Shown here in pieces: positions 48,280 through 61,257 of a stretch of 64,000 bases of DNA (positions are counted from its first letter, which is position 1; every line of letters starts with the position of its first letter). This DNA is from an uncultured Acidobacteriota bacterium (GTDB taxonomy: Bacteria > Acidobacteriota > Vicinamibacteria > Vicinamibacterales > UBA2999). The notes beneath the pieces were generated by a model, which had not been told where the DNA came from, ran no database searches, and was given only the letters and a program-made list of their open reading frames with translations. The position numbers were made by a program, and so were the translations under genes. The DNA lies in contig CAWCBC010000011.1 in the NCBI GenBank assembly GCA_963793705.1, forward strand, positions 65,351 to 129,350. The letters run 5' to 3'.

Positions 48280-49238
48280 CGGCACTCTGGAGCGGGAACG
48301 TCGGATCATTTCGCCAACGGCTGCATACGGATCGAGCTCGCGCGCCGCGACGCGGTCGGCCATGCCGCTCGATCTCGCCAGCCGGAAGCGATGCTTCGAC
48401 CTGCCGTACCAGCGTGCGCGCCATGAGCTCGCGCAGGCGGACGCTCTGGCGTTCGCGGCGTCGATCCGCCTGTTGGTCCGCCATGTGCTCGCGATAGCGG
48501 CCGATCTGTCTCCACAGCTCGTCCACGCCGAGCGGACGGGTTGCCTCCGTCATGACGATTGGCGGCTTCCAGTTTTCTTTCGGTGCCTCACCCAGCGACA
48601 GGTTCGCCGCAATCGCCTGCGCCGCGCGGTCAGCTCCCTCCCGATCCGCCTTGTTGACGACGAAGATGTCGCCGATCTCCATGATGCCCGCCTTGATCGC
48701 CTGGACGTCGTCGCCCGCTCCGGGTACGACGCACCACGATCGACACGTCGGCGGTGCGGACGATGTCGACTTCGTCCTGACCGACGCCGACGGTCTCGAT
48801 GATGATGACGTCCTTCCCGGCGGCATCGAGCACCAGCGCGACGTCGCTGGTCGCCCGCGACAGGCCGCCGAGATGGCCGCGCGTCGCCATGCTGCGGATG
48901 TAGACGCCGGCGTCGCCGGCATGCCCGGTCATGCGGACGCGATCGCCGAGAATGGCGCCGCCAGTAAACGGGCTGGTCGGGTCCACGGCAATAATCCCGA
49001 CGGTCTGCCCTGCTCGCCTGATCTCGCCCGTCAATGCATCCACCAGCGTGCTCTTGCCCGTCCCCGGCGCCCCGGTGATGCCGATCAGATACGCGCGGCC
49101 GGTGCGCTGGTAGATCTGCCCGATCAGCGCCGCCGCGTCCGGAGTGTCGTCCTCGACCACAGAGATCGCGCGCGCGATCGCCCGCGGCTCGCCGGCGAGC
49201 ACGCCGTCGACCAGCAATTGGACCGCTATGCGGCTCAC
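48280..49238 (-). CDS. meaB: Methylmalonyl-CoA mutase-associated GTPase MeaB/ArgK; frame interrupted, 3' end uncertain
   Basis: ORF 48630..49238 (LIGITGAPGTGKSTLVDALT...IIAVDPTSPFTGGAILGDRVRM...IIIETVGVGQDEVDI). ORF 48242..48922 (...GDIFVVNKADREGA...). The DPYAAV tail is in ORF 47938..48363. Confidence 0.88.
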
Positions 49239-49283
49239 AACGTGAATTCTCTACTTGCTACGCTCGATCGCATAGCGGTCCCA

Positions 49284-49360
49284 GCCGCGCGAAGCGCGGC
49301 AAGAGATACTGCCAGCCAGCCGAGGGCTCTGCCGGATATCGAGCCAGAGCCCTTGGCTGG
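49284..49360 (-). terminator. Two stem-loops immediately after the acyl-CoA dehydrogenase stop (candidate terminator, weak U-tract)
   Basis: ccagccgagggctctg (49316..49331) pairs with cagagcccttggctgg (49345..49360) with one G-T. gccgcgc-gaa-gcgcggc lies at 49284..49300. Confidence 0.4.
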
Positions 49361-50504
49361 CTAGGAGGCAAGGAGCTGCCGTGCGATGACGAGCCGTTGA
49401 ATCTCGCTCGTCCCCTCGCCGATCGTCGTGAGCTTCACGTCGCGGAAGTATTTCTCGGCCGGGTAATCCTTGATGAAGCCGTAGCCGCCGTGAATCTGGA
49501 CGCCGTCCTCCGCCGCGCGGACCGCGATCTCGCTCGAATAGAGCTTCGCCATCGCGGCTTCAAGCGTGGTGCGCTCGCCCTCGTCTTTCATCGCGGCGGC
49601 ACGATACGTCAGGAGGCGTGCGGCTTCAATGCGCACGGCGTTGTCCACCAGCTTGGCGCGGATGCTCTGGAACGTGCCGATCGGCTGTCCGAATTGCGTG
49701 CGGACGAACGCATACGACCGCGCCGCGTCGTAGGCGCCCTGCGCCAGGCCGACCGCGAGCGCGGCAATGCCGATCCGCCCGGCGTCCAGCACCTGCAAGG
49801 CGTTGATGAACCCCTGCCCCTCGACGCCGAGCAGCTGGTTCGCTGGAACGCGGCAGTTGTCGAAGATCACCTCGCTCGTCTCGCTGGCGCGCATCCCCAG
49901 CTTGTTTTCCTTCTTGCCCGCGCGAAACCCCGGCGTCCCCTGCTCGACGATGAAGGCGGAGATGCCGCGGTTGCCTTTGGCGCGATTGGTGACGGCGGTG
50001 ACGACGATCAGGTCGCCCGTCCGGCCATGCGTGATGAACTGCTTGGATCCGTTGATGACCCACTCATCGCCCTCGCGGACGGCCGTCGTGCGCATCGCCG
50101 CGGCGTCGCTCCCGGACGATGACTCCGTCAGGCCCCATGCCGCCAGCTTCTCGCCCTTCGCCAGAGGCACCAGGTACGTCTGGCGCTGTTCTTCCGTGCC
50201 GAACATGAAGATGTGCGACGCGCCCAGGCCATTGTGGGCGGCAATGGACAGGCAGACCGACGGGTCCACGCGGGCGAGCTCCTCGATGCAGAGGCAATAG
50301 TCGACGGAGGACATGCCGGCGCCGCCGTATTCCTCGGGAAACTGAATCCCCATCAACCCGAGATCGGCGCACGCGGCGAGCAAGTTCGCGGGGAAACCCC
50401 TGCGCCTCGTCCCACTCCATCACGTGCGGACGCAGCTCGGTCTCCGCAAACTCGCGGACACTGCTGCGAAGCAGCTCTTGATCCGATGAGAGAGATAGAT
50501 TCAT
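49361..50504 (-). CDS. Acyl-CoA dehydrogenase; single frame break near 50390
   Basis: ORF 49361..50383 reads through the ACAD middle and C-terminal domains (...TESSSGSDAAAMRTTA...; ...GGYGFIKDYPAEKYFRDVKLTTIGEGTSEIQRLVIAR). The N-terminus MNLSLSSDQELLRSSVREFAETELRPHVMEWDE is in ORF 50064..50534. Confidence 0.9.
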
Positions 50505-50539
50505 GAGGGCCTCAGGCCTTCTTAATCGTACCATTCAGC

Positions 50540-51028
50540 ATGCGACTCATCCGACCGCTCCTCATCACGGCCCTGCTCGTGACTGCGCTCCTCGTGGTGG
50601 CCTCCCCCGCGTACGCGGACTTCACGTTCTTCGGCGGCTGGAACCAGACGCCAACCAACCGTGCGCTCAAGGGCTTTGCGCTCGGCGGCGGCAAGATGAT
50701 CGCCTTTGAATTCGAGTACGCGAATAACGGGCAGGACATCGAGGAGGCGACGCCAGGGCTGCGCACGTTCCTTGGCAACGTCCTGGTACAGCCGCCGTTC
50801 GCCGTCGTGGGATTCCAGCCGTACGCCACCGCCGGCACCGGCATGTATCGCGAGACCCTCGACACGCACCAGGAGTCGGCGTGGAGCTTCAACACTGGCG
50901 TTGGCGTGAAGACATCGGTCTTCGGACCGCTGAAGGTTCGCGTCGATTACCGCGTGCTCAAGCTTCGGGGCGACCCGCTCTACAGCACGGTGCACCGCGT
51001 GTACACCGGCGTCCACATCGACTTCTAA
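50540..51028 (+). CDS. Small outer-membrane beta-barrel protein (162 aa, intact)
   Basis: It has the signal peptide MRLIRPLLITALLVTALLVVASPAYA, alternating hydrophobic strands and a C-terminal ...VYTGVHIDF with a terminal Phe. Confidence 0.65.
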   Translation: MRLIRPLLITALLVTALLVVASPAYADFTFFGGWNQTPTNRALKGFALGGGKMIAFEFEYANNGQDIEEATPGLRTFLGNVLVQPPFAVVGFQPYATAGTGMYRETLDTHQESAWSFNTGVGVKTSVFGPLKVRVDYRVLKLRGDPLYSTVHRVYTGVHIDF

Positions 51029-51118
51029 CTGACGCCAAGGCTCCGCCTCTACGCCCGACTGCCCGAGCTCGGCGCCCACGAAACGGCAGCTAGCGGCCGA
51101 CGTTCAGGCAGCTTGCGG

Positions 51119-51781
51119 CTACTTCGGCGGCCGTATCGGATTGGCGTCCAACGGCGGCGGCTGACTCGGCGCAGGTTTTTGCGTCGTCGGCGCGGTCGCC
51201 GGAGTGGACCCTGCCGGCGTACGGTGACGGGAACGAGGTTCATCAGCGTCGCCGCCGCCTCTCACCGACAATTTGTTGAGGTTCCAGACTTCCGTCAGTT
51301 TGGCGGCGTCGGGAATGGCGGCCGCGAGGATTGGCCCGAACGCGTAGTCGACGCAGGGAACGGCCGGATCGAGCAGGAACGCAAACAGCACATCGCCGTT
51401 CGGCCCGGTCTCGGCGACCTTGAAGAATCTCCAGCCCTTCGCCTGCTCGCGAACCGTGGCGTCGGTCGTCGTCGCCAGCGCGTCGCGCACGTAGCCGAGG
51501 AACTTCTCGAAGTCCGCGACCTTCGTCGACATCACCGGCTGCAGCAGCATCCCTGCCGGCGCAATGAACGACCGCGCCGGCAGCGTCGCCGGCGGCGTCG
51601 GTGCCGGACAGGTCACGGTGCCTGGAACCGCGGGCGTGGTCGCGGCGGCTGCGGGCGGCGTCGCCGGCGGCTGTCCCGCGCCTGGGGCGGCCTGCTGCGC
51701 GGCTATGCCAGCTGTCATTGCGCCAGCTGTCACTGCCGTCAGGACGATTGTCGTGAGCGCGGCTCGCCGCAGGTCGATCAC
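51119..51781 (-). CDS. Secreted hypothetical protein (220 aa), paralog of 51883..52403
   Basis: It has the signal-like segment TTIVLTAVTAGAMTAGIAAQQ and an Ala/Pro-rich linker. The core ADFEKFLGYVRDAL...AKGWRFFKVAE...VLFAFLLDPAVPCVDYAF aligns with the neighbour. The tail is Pro-rich. Confidence 0.55.
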   Translation of the reverse strand: MIDLRRAALTTIVLTAVTAGAMTAGIAAQQAAPGAGQPPATPPAAAATTPAVPGTVTCPAPTPPATLPARSFIAPAGMLLQPVMSTKVADFEKFLGYVRDALATTTDATVREQAKGWRFFKVAETGPNGDVLFAFLLDPAVPCVDYAFGPILAAAIPDAAKLTEVWNLNKLSVRGGGDADEPRSRHRTPAGSTPATAPTTQKPAPSQPPPLDANPIRPPK

Positions 51782-51795
51782 GTCACGATCTCCGT

Positions 51796-51815
51796 GGCAC
51801 CCTTAAAAGGGTGCC
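51796..51815. repeat. Palindrome family B copy: GGCACCC-TTAAAA-GGGTGCC
   Basis: A perfect 7-bp arm inverted repeat lies between the two paralogous genes. Confidence 0.8.
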
Positions 51816-51820
51816 CTGAC

Positions 51821-51858
51821 AAAGAAAAAGCCACGAGCGGCTGACTGCCACTCGTGGC
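51821..51858 (-). terminator. Canonical intrinsic terminator on the minus strand (8-bp GC stem followed by UUUUUCUUU)
   Basis: The minus strand reads GCCACGAG-tggcagtcagccg-CTCGTGGC-TTTTTCTTT. It starts about 25 nt after the stop at 51883. Confidence 0.7.
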
Positions 51859-51882
51859 TGGGATTGTACCGTCGCGACAGAC

Positions 51883-52403
51883 TTACTGGGCGCCGGTGCT
51901 GCCGGAGCTGCGGCTGCAGCCGGCGCTGCCGCGGCAGCGCCGAGGCTGTCTGCGTTCATCTGCGAGATCCCGCCCTTCAGCGCACCCTTGTAGAGGTCGT
52001 AGAACGCGCGCTTCTCGTCGTCGGTCGACACCGCGTAGACGATGTTGACGATCGAGTAGTCCGCGCCTTTGACGACCGGGCTGATGATGTGGATGTAGGT
52101 GCTGCTGGTGTCGTTCGTCAGCGACTTCTGGCTCTTGACGACCTTCCACCCGGCCAGCTGCTGCTTGGCCTCAGGCTCCGTGGACTTGCTCAGCGCTTCC
52201 TTCAGCTTGGCGATCACCTGTTCGTAGTCGGCGTCCTTCCCCGGGTTGACGGCGTAGATCACGATCACGGTATCCGCGGCGTAGGTGGTCTTCGCCGCTG
52301 GCGGCTTCGGTTTCTCCGCGCGTCCTGCGCCTGAGCCGCTCAGCGAAAACGCCGGCAGCATCAGCATCGCGCCAGCCATTACCATTCCCGACAGTCGTCG
52401 CAT
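51883..52403 (-). CDS. Secreted hypothetical protein, paralog of 51119..51781; frame break in the Ala/Pro-rich tail
   Basis: ORF 51783..52403 has the signal MRRLSGMVMAGAMLMLPAFSLSG and the core ADYEQVIAKLKEAL...LAGWKVVKSQK...TYIHIISPVVKGADYSI. A stop at 51883 in the neighbouring frame precedes the terminator. Confidence 0.55.
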
Positions 52404-52434
52404 GTGCGTTTCTCCTCGGAAAAGCGCGGGTATC

Positions 52435-53576
52435 CTACCGTACGTCGGAACCCAGGAAAACGGTCATGATTTCGTTGGCAAGAAGCATTCCTGCCCTGTT
52501 CAGCTTGAGGCGGCGGTCATCATAGATCAGAGCCCCGCTTCAACGAACGGTTGTAGCTCGCCGCCGTACTCCCGCCAGACATCGACGCCGTATCGTGATT
52601 CTACCAATTCGAGATCAATTCCCTCGGTCAAACGCAGCCTGGTAAAGAGCGCCTCCTCGAGGCCATCCTGTCGTGACAGGATTCGCCGCTCCGCGATGAG
52701 CTGTCCGCCTGCCTGGACCGCCGCGATGTACTCGGAGTGGCCGATACGTTCCGCCAGCGGACGCCGCCGCGGGTCGAGTGCGCGCCCGGCCCGAAGCCGA
52801 GCCACTCGCCGTCCGTCCAGTATTTCAGGTTGTGGCGCGACTCGCGACCCGGTCGCGCGCGACGTTCGAGATCTCGTACTGCTCGATAGCCGGCCGCGTC
52901 CAGCCGTTCCATCGCCTGCAGATACATCTCCGCCGCGTCGTCATCCGGCGCCACCGACCACTTCGACCGCGCCATCGCGTCGCGCAGCGGCGCGTTCGGG
53001 ATAGATCTCGAGCAGATAGAGCGAGGCGTGGTTCGGGCCGAGCGCGATCAGGGCATCGACCGAGTCGAGCCAGTCCGCGATCGATCTGCTGCGGCAGCCA
53101 CATCATCAGGTCGAGCGAGATGTTGTCGAACCCCGCGTCGCGCGCCATCGCGAACGCCTCGCGCGCGCGGGAGGCCGAGTGCAGCCGGCTCAGGCGCTGC
53201 AGCTCCTCGTCGCGGAAGGATTGGACGCCGAAGCTGAGGCGATTGATTCCGGCCGCGCGAAATCCGGCCAGCCGCTCGGGCGTGACGCTCTCGGGGTTGG
53301 CTTCGAGCGTGACCTCGGCGTCGGCGGCCAGCGCGAACGAGCGCCGGCAGGCCTCGACGATCGCACGCGATCTCGTCCGGCTCGAGCAGCGACGGCGTGC
53401 CGCCGCCGAAGAAGATCGTGTCGGCCGCGCGCGCCGTCGGCCGCGCGCGCCGTCGATCTCCGTCAGGACGGCCGCGACGTACCCGTTTTCAGCGCGTGAT
53501 CGAACAGGCCGCGGTTGAAGTTGCAGTAGTTGCAGATGGCCGAGCAGAACGGGACGTGGATGTAGAGACCGAGCAC
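52435..53576 (-). CDS. hemW: Radical SAM heme chaperone HemW (oxygen-independent coproporphyrinogen oxidase-like); frame interrupted
   Basis: Hand-read VLGLYIHVPFCSAICNYCNFN from 53576. ...VTLEANPESVTPERLAGFRAAGINRLSFGVQSFRDEELQRLSRLHSA...FDNISLDLMMWLPQQ (ORF 52825..54171). The C-terminus is in ORFs 52628..52975 and 52527..52805. Confidence 0.85.
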
Positions 53577-53633
53577 GGATCAGTGAAGGCACTTGCGCAT
53601 CTGCACGAGTCCGGCCCGTGCCCCCGCTCCACT

Positions 53634-54469
53634 TCAGGTCGGCCTTCCCGTCGCCGCGCTCGCCTCGGCGCGCAGCTGTGCGCGGGCCTGGCCGCCGGAC
53701 CGCGCGGGCAGCGACGGCTTGCGGGACGCCTTGCTGCGCATCTTCCACAGCGTGATGAGGTCGTCGACGCCGCCGTTGGGCGGCAGCTCCCGGTAGTCGC
53801 CGCCGTCGAGGTACAGGAACTCGCACATCTCGTGCAGCCGCGAGCGCATCCGGAAGCCGATCCGGAACAGCAGCGAGTCGGGGTCGGTGTTGTCGGGGTT
53901 GTCGTCGTAGTTGGAGGTGAAGACCGTGGTCCGGCGCTCGCTGTAGCGGGCGTTGACGATCAGATTGAGCGTCTCCTCCACCCATTCCGACGTCTTCTCC
54001 GCGCCCAGGTCGTCGAGCACCAGCAGGTCGGCCTCGATCACCGGCCGCAGCACGTCCATTTCGGCGGTGCGATTGACCGGATCGTAGGTGCTGCGGATCA
54101 CCCGCAGCAGGTCGCGCGTGTCGTAGAAGAGGCCGCGCGCGCCGCGCGTCGCGAATCACCTGCCGCAGCACCGCGACGGCGAGGTGCGTCTTGCCGACGC
54201 CAGGCGGGCCCTGCAGGAACAGCCCCTTCTCGATGACCGGGAAACGTCTCGGCGAGACGCTGCCGCGTGCTGCAGCGCCTTGGTGAGCTGCTCGTTGTAG
54301 GCGATGTAGTTGGCGAGGTCGCAGTGCTGATAGCGCCGCGGGATGCGCGCGTCGGCCAGCAGGCGCGCGGACGACTGGACTCGCGGACGCAGTCGCAGCG
54401 CGTCACCCGCGAGATGCCATCGACGGTGATCGTCTTCCACGTCGTGTCGTCGCAGATCGCGCAGGCCAC
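53634..54469 (-). CDS. DnaC/DnaI-like AAA+ ATPase with an N-terminal Cys-rich (zinc-ribbon-like) segment; frame interrupted, 3' end uncertain
   Basis: ACAICDDTTWKTITVDGISRVTRCDC (ORF 54098..54469). Hand-read GLFLQGPPGVGKTHLAVAVL. LLVLDDLGAEKTSEWVEETLNLIVNARYSERRTTVFTSN (ORF 53634..54101). Confidence 0.7.
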
Positions 54470-54486
54470 GAAGGGATCCTATCGCT

Positions 54487-54553
54487 GAAATGCAAAATTC
54501 AAAATGCAAAATGCAAACAGCGCCATCTTTTTGCATCTCGAATTTTGCATTTC
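54487..54553. repeat. AT-rich hairpin/motif array: three direct plus two inverted copies of AATGCAAA; outer arms are a perfect 14-bp inverted repeat
   Basis: gaaatgcaaaattc (54487..54500) is the exact reverse complement of gaattttgcatttc (54540..54553). The interior is aaaatgcaaaatgcaaa...tttttgcat. It lies between the hspR stop and the DnaC-like start. Confidence 0.85.
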
Positions 54554-54567
54554 GTTTCGCGAATCGT

Positions 54568-55010
<443 letters not shown>

Positions 55011-55014
<4 letters not shown>

Positions 55015-56097
55015 GCTCCCGCCTCATGTCGCTGTTGATCCTGCCGAACTCGCGCAGCAGCTCCTTCGAGCGCTCGTCGAGCAGCTTCGGCAGCATCAGC
55101 CGCACCTCGACGACCAGGTCGCCGCGGCGGCCGTCGCGCGTCGACGGCGCGCCGCGCTCGCGCAGCCGGAACCGCTGCCCCGACTGCGTCCCCGGCGGCA
55201 CGCGCAGCCGCGCCGACGCCGTCCGGCGTCGGCGATGTCGACGCGCGCGCCGAGCGCCGCTTCGTGGATCGCAATCGGCACCACCATGTGCAGGTCGTCG
55301 CCGTCGCGCCGGAACGACGGATGCGGGGCGACGTGCACCGTGATGTACAGGTCGCCCGGCGGACCGCCGCGGATGCCGGCGTTGCCCTTGCCCGGCACGC
55401 GGACGCGCTCGCCGTCGGCGATGCCCGGCGGGAATCCGCACCGTGCACCGTCTCGGCGCGCGTCTCCTGGCCGGCGCCGCCGCAGCGCTCGCACGGCCGC
55501 GGACGCTGCTCGCCCGGTGCCGCCGCACGCCGTGCAGCTGCGCGAGAACACCATGTGCCCGCGCACCGACCGGACCGCGCCAGTGCCCTGGCACAGATGG
55601 CACGGGCCGCGGGCTCGACGCGCGTCGCGCCGCGTGCCGGCGCAGGCGCGGCACGTTCTCGCGCCGCGTCGACCGTGACCGTCCGCTGGCGTCCCGCGCA
55701 GCGCCTCCTCGAACGACGAGCTGCGACGTCCTGATGCAGATCGGCGCCGCGCTCCGCGCGCCGGGCCGCGGCTGCCGCGCTCGCTGAGCACCTCGGCGAA
55801 CAGGTCGCCGAACGTCGCCGAATGGTCGACGCCGCGCGCCGAGAAGTCGAACCCTTCGAACCCGCTCTTCGGCGTCGGTCGCGCGACTCGACGCCCCCGC
55901 CGGCGTCGTAGCGCGACCGCCGCTGCGGATCGATCAACGTCTCGTAGGCGTCGAGGATCTGCCGGAAGCGCGCCTCCGCCACGCGGTCGCCCGGATTGAT
56001 GTCCGGATGAAACCGCCGCGCAAGACGACGGTAGGCCCGCTTGATGTCGGCCTCCGTCGCGCCGTGCGCCAGATCCGAGGACGATGTAGAGATCCAT
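55011..56097 (-). CDS. dnaJ: Molecular chaperone DnaJ; split over three frames
   Basis: MDLYIVLG... plus a hand-joined J-domain ([22 protein letters not shown]). The Cys-rich region [10 protein letters not shown]...CTACGGTG is in ORF 55096..56097. [26 protein letters not shown] is in ORF 54710..55654. Confidence 0.88.
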
Positions 56098-56104
56098 CCG
56101 CTGG

Positions 56105-58412
<2,308 letters not shown>

Positions 58413-58442
58413 CTCCTGCCAGCAATCGTATACTCAGATCTG

Positions 58443-60816
58443 ATGACGACTCCTGACGACAAGCCGCGCCGCAAGGGCACCCGGCTCGTGCTGAAGGTGG
58501 GCGTTCCAGGCCATTCTCGTCCTGCTGTTCCTCGTCGCCGCGCGCGCTCGGGACGTTGAGCGGCGTGCTCTTCGCCTACGCCGGCGACCTGCCCGAAATC
58601 AGCGCGCTCGACAACTACCGTCCGAACACCATCACGCGGCTGCTCTGGCCCGCGACGGCCAGGAGATCGGCGAATTCGCCATCGAACGCCGGGTCGTCAT
58701 CGGCTACGACGACATGGCGCCGGTCCTGCGCCAGGCCATCATCGCCAGCGAGGACGCCGGCTTCGAGCAGCACTTCGGCGTCAGCGTCTCGCGCATCATC
58801 ATCACGGCGGTCAAGGACGTGCTGACCGGCCAGCGATTCGGCGCCAGCACGATCACCCAGCAGCTGGCGCGGATGCTGTTCCTCACGGAGTACATGCAGG
58901 ACGGCGTGTTCCAGCGCTCGGGCTGCACGGGGCTCGAGCGCAAGGTCAAGGAAGCGATCGTCTCGATTCAGATCGAGAAGCGCTACACCAAGCGCGAAAT
59001 CCTGGCGATGTACGCGAACCAGATCAATCTGGGCCCCGGGCTCTACGGCGTCGAGGCGGCCTCGCGCGCCTACTTCGACAAGCCGGCGAAAGAGCTGACG
59101 CTCGAGGAGGCCGCGGCGATCGCCGCGATCATCCAGACGCCCGCCCGCCTCAGCCCGTTCGTCAACCCTGACCGTACGCTCGCCCGGCGCAACACCTACG
59201 TGCTGCCGCGGATGGTGGAAGAAGGGTTCATCACCGAGGCGCGTGCCCGCGAAGCCGCGGCCAGCCCGCTCGTCGTCGTCGGTCAGCCGTCGCCGGATCG
59301 CTCGATCGCCCCGTACTTCGTCGAGGAAGTCCGCAAGCGGCTCGAAGAGAAGTACGGCGCCGTCGACCTGTATCAGGCCGGTCTGCGCGTGCAGACGACG
59401 CTCGACGCCGAGCTGCAGGAAGCGGCCAACCTGGCGTTGGACCGCGGGCTGCGCCGGATCGACAAGCGCCGCGGCGGCTTCCGCCGGCCGGCCCGCAACG
59501 TGGTCGCCGAGGGCCAGTCAGGTCGAAGGCGTTCACGGTTGACCGCTGGGCACGAGCCGATCCTCGCGGGCGACATCGTCCCTGCCGTCGTCAGCTTCGT
59601 CGGCGAGAGCAGCGCCCGCGTCCGCATCGGAGCAAACGAGCTCGAACTGCCGAAGCACGGCGTTCGCCTGGACGCGCAAGACGTCTCCGGCTGACCTGTT
59701 CAAGGTCGGCGATCTCATCGACGTCGAAGTCCGCAGCGTGCAGGGCAATCGTCCCGGCTGAGCTCGCGCTGGAGCAGGCGCCCGCCATCGAAGGCGCGCT
59801 GCTGGCGATCGACAACCGGACAGGCCAGATTCGCGCGATGGTCGGCGGCTACAGCTTCGCGCGCAGCAAGTTCAACCGCGCGACGCAGGCCAGGCGCCAG
59901 GTGGGATCGCTGTTCAAGCCGATCGTCTACACCGCGGCGATCGATCGCGGCTTCACGCCCGTCTCGGTCTTCATCGACGAGCCGGTGTCCTATACCGCCG
60001 GGCCGAATCAGCCGCCGTATCAGCCGCTCAACTACGACCGCAAGTTCGAAGGGCCGGTCACGCTGCGGCGCGCGCTCGAGCAGTCGCGGAACATTCCGGC
60101 CGTGAAAGCGATGCAGGAGATCGGACCGCGCCAGGTCGTGCGTGTATGCGAAGCGGTTCGGCCTGGACGACGGCGCAGCCGTATCTGTCGCTGGCGCTCG
60201 GCGCGGCGGAATCGACGCTCGTCGCAGATGACGAGCGCCTATTCCGCGTTCGCCAACCGCGGCGTGCGGATGGCGCCGTACGGCGTGATCTGACGATCAC
60301 CGATCGTGAAGGCAACGTGCTCGAGGAGAACCGGCCCGAGCCGCACGAAGCGATCCGTGCCGACACGGCGTTCGTCATGGCGAACCTGCTGCGCGGCGTC
60401 GTGCAGCGCGGCACCGCGCAGGCGGCCGCGGCGCTGGACTGGCCGCTCGGCCGGCAAGACCGGGACGATGGACGAATACACGGATGCCTGGTTCATCGGA
60501 TTCGATCCGAACATCACGGTTGGCGTGTGGGTGGGCTACGACGAGAAGCGATCGCTCGGCTCCGGCGAAACGGGCGCGTCCGCGGCGCTCCCGATCTGGA
60601 CCGAGTTCATGCGCGCCTATATCGACAAGCGCGGGGATCGCAAGGCCCCGCCCGAGTTCGAGGCGCCGGGCAACATCGTGTTGGTCGACGCTGGATTCGG
60701 GAGTGACCGAGGCGTTCATCAACGGCACGCAGCCGCAGGCCGCGGCGCCGGCGGAGCCCGCGGTTACACCGGCATCCACCCCACCCGCTCACCGGCAGCG
60801 CCCGGACGTCCGATAG
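58443..60816 (+). CDS. mrcA: Class A penicillin-binding protein (PBP1A, transglycosylase/transpeptidase); frame interrupted
   Basis: ORF 58714..59694 (IIASEDAGFEQHFGVS...GASTITQQLARMLFL...KEAIVSIQIEKRYTKREILAMYANQINLG). ORF 59838..60293 (...RQVGSLFKPIVYTAAID...). ORF 60306..60863 (GKTGTMDEYTDAWFIGFDPN...). Confidence 0.9.
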
Positions 60817-61062
60817 CGTGCTCGACCTCAGGTCCGTCGAGATCCTCGGAGTGCGGCACGTGATGCCGCTTCCAGAAGACCACGCCTTCGTAGATCACGA
60901 AGGTGGTGGCAGCAGCGCTCCCGCTGCGACCAGCGCCTCCATCGGATAAAAGAAGGCCGCCATGATCAACGGAATCAGCAGCAGGCCATCCATCCACAGC
61001 AGCGACAGACCGCCTTCGTAACTGACCCGCTCCGTCCAGACATTTCGCAGCCAAGAGAGCAC
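60764..61062 (-). CDS. Small hypothetical membrane protein; frame break; 3' end uncertain
   Basis: A GTG at 61062 lies 5 nt after GGAGG. Hand translation gives VLSWLRNVWTERVSYEGGLSLLWMDGLLLIPLIMAAFFYPMEALVAAG, continued by ...TTFVIYEGVVFWKRHH in ORF 60764..61054. Confidence 0.4.
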
Positions 61063-61143
61063 GAAAACCTCCTTGCCCCGTCGACCACGCTCGAGCCCCG
61101 AGCAGAGTCGAGGGACCGTGCCACTCCGCAGTGTGGTGAGCGG

Positions 61144-61190
61144 AGTATACGCCTGCTGGTTATGACGTCAACTTGGCAACCGTAGTTGAC
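61144..61190 (-). promoter_or_regulatory. Candidate sigma70-type promoter (-35 TTGACG 61166..61171, 16-nt spacer, -10 TATACT 61144..61149) overlapped by the inverted repeat GTCAAC-N12-GTTGAC (61167..61190)
   Basis: The hexamers and spacing were read directly on the minus strand. The promoter would give a leader of roughly 75 nt before the GTG at 61062. Confidence 0.45.
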
Positions 61191-61200
61191 GGCTGAGCAG

Positions 61201-61257
61201 TTCGCGCTTCCACGTTCTCGCTTCTCGGTTCGTGTTCTGAGTTCGGTTCCCGGTTCG
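61201..61257. repeat. GTTC/GTTCGTG-rich simple-sequence island directly after the stop of the TIGR03435-like gene
   Basis: ttcgcgcttccacgttctcgcttctcggttcgtgttctgagttcggttcccggttcg. It shares ctcggttcgtgttc with 33315..33396. Confidence 0.7.

Noticed and set aside
51783-51882. Extension of ORF 51783..52403 through to 51783.
   Set aside because: The extension would read through a canonical intrinsic terminator and a palindrome. A stop at 51883 in the adjacent frame, reached via an indel in the Ala/Pro-rich tail, is more plausible.
53634-54469. The DnaC/IstB-like ATPase might be the helper gene of an IS21-family element.
   Set aside because: There is no IstA transposase, no terminal inverted repeats and no disruption of neighbours. 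The gene sits inside a co-directional housekeeping operon and has a zinc-ribbon N-terminus atypical of IstB.
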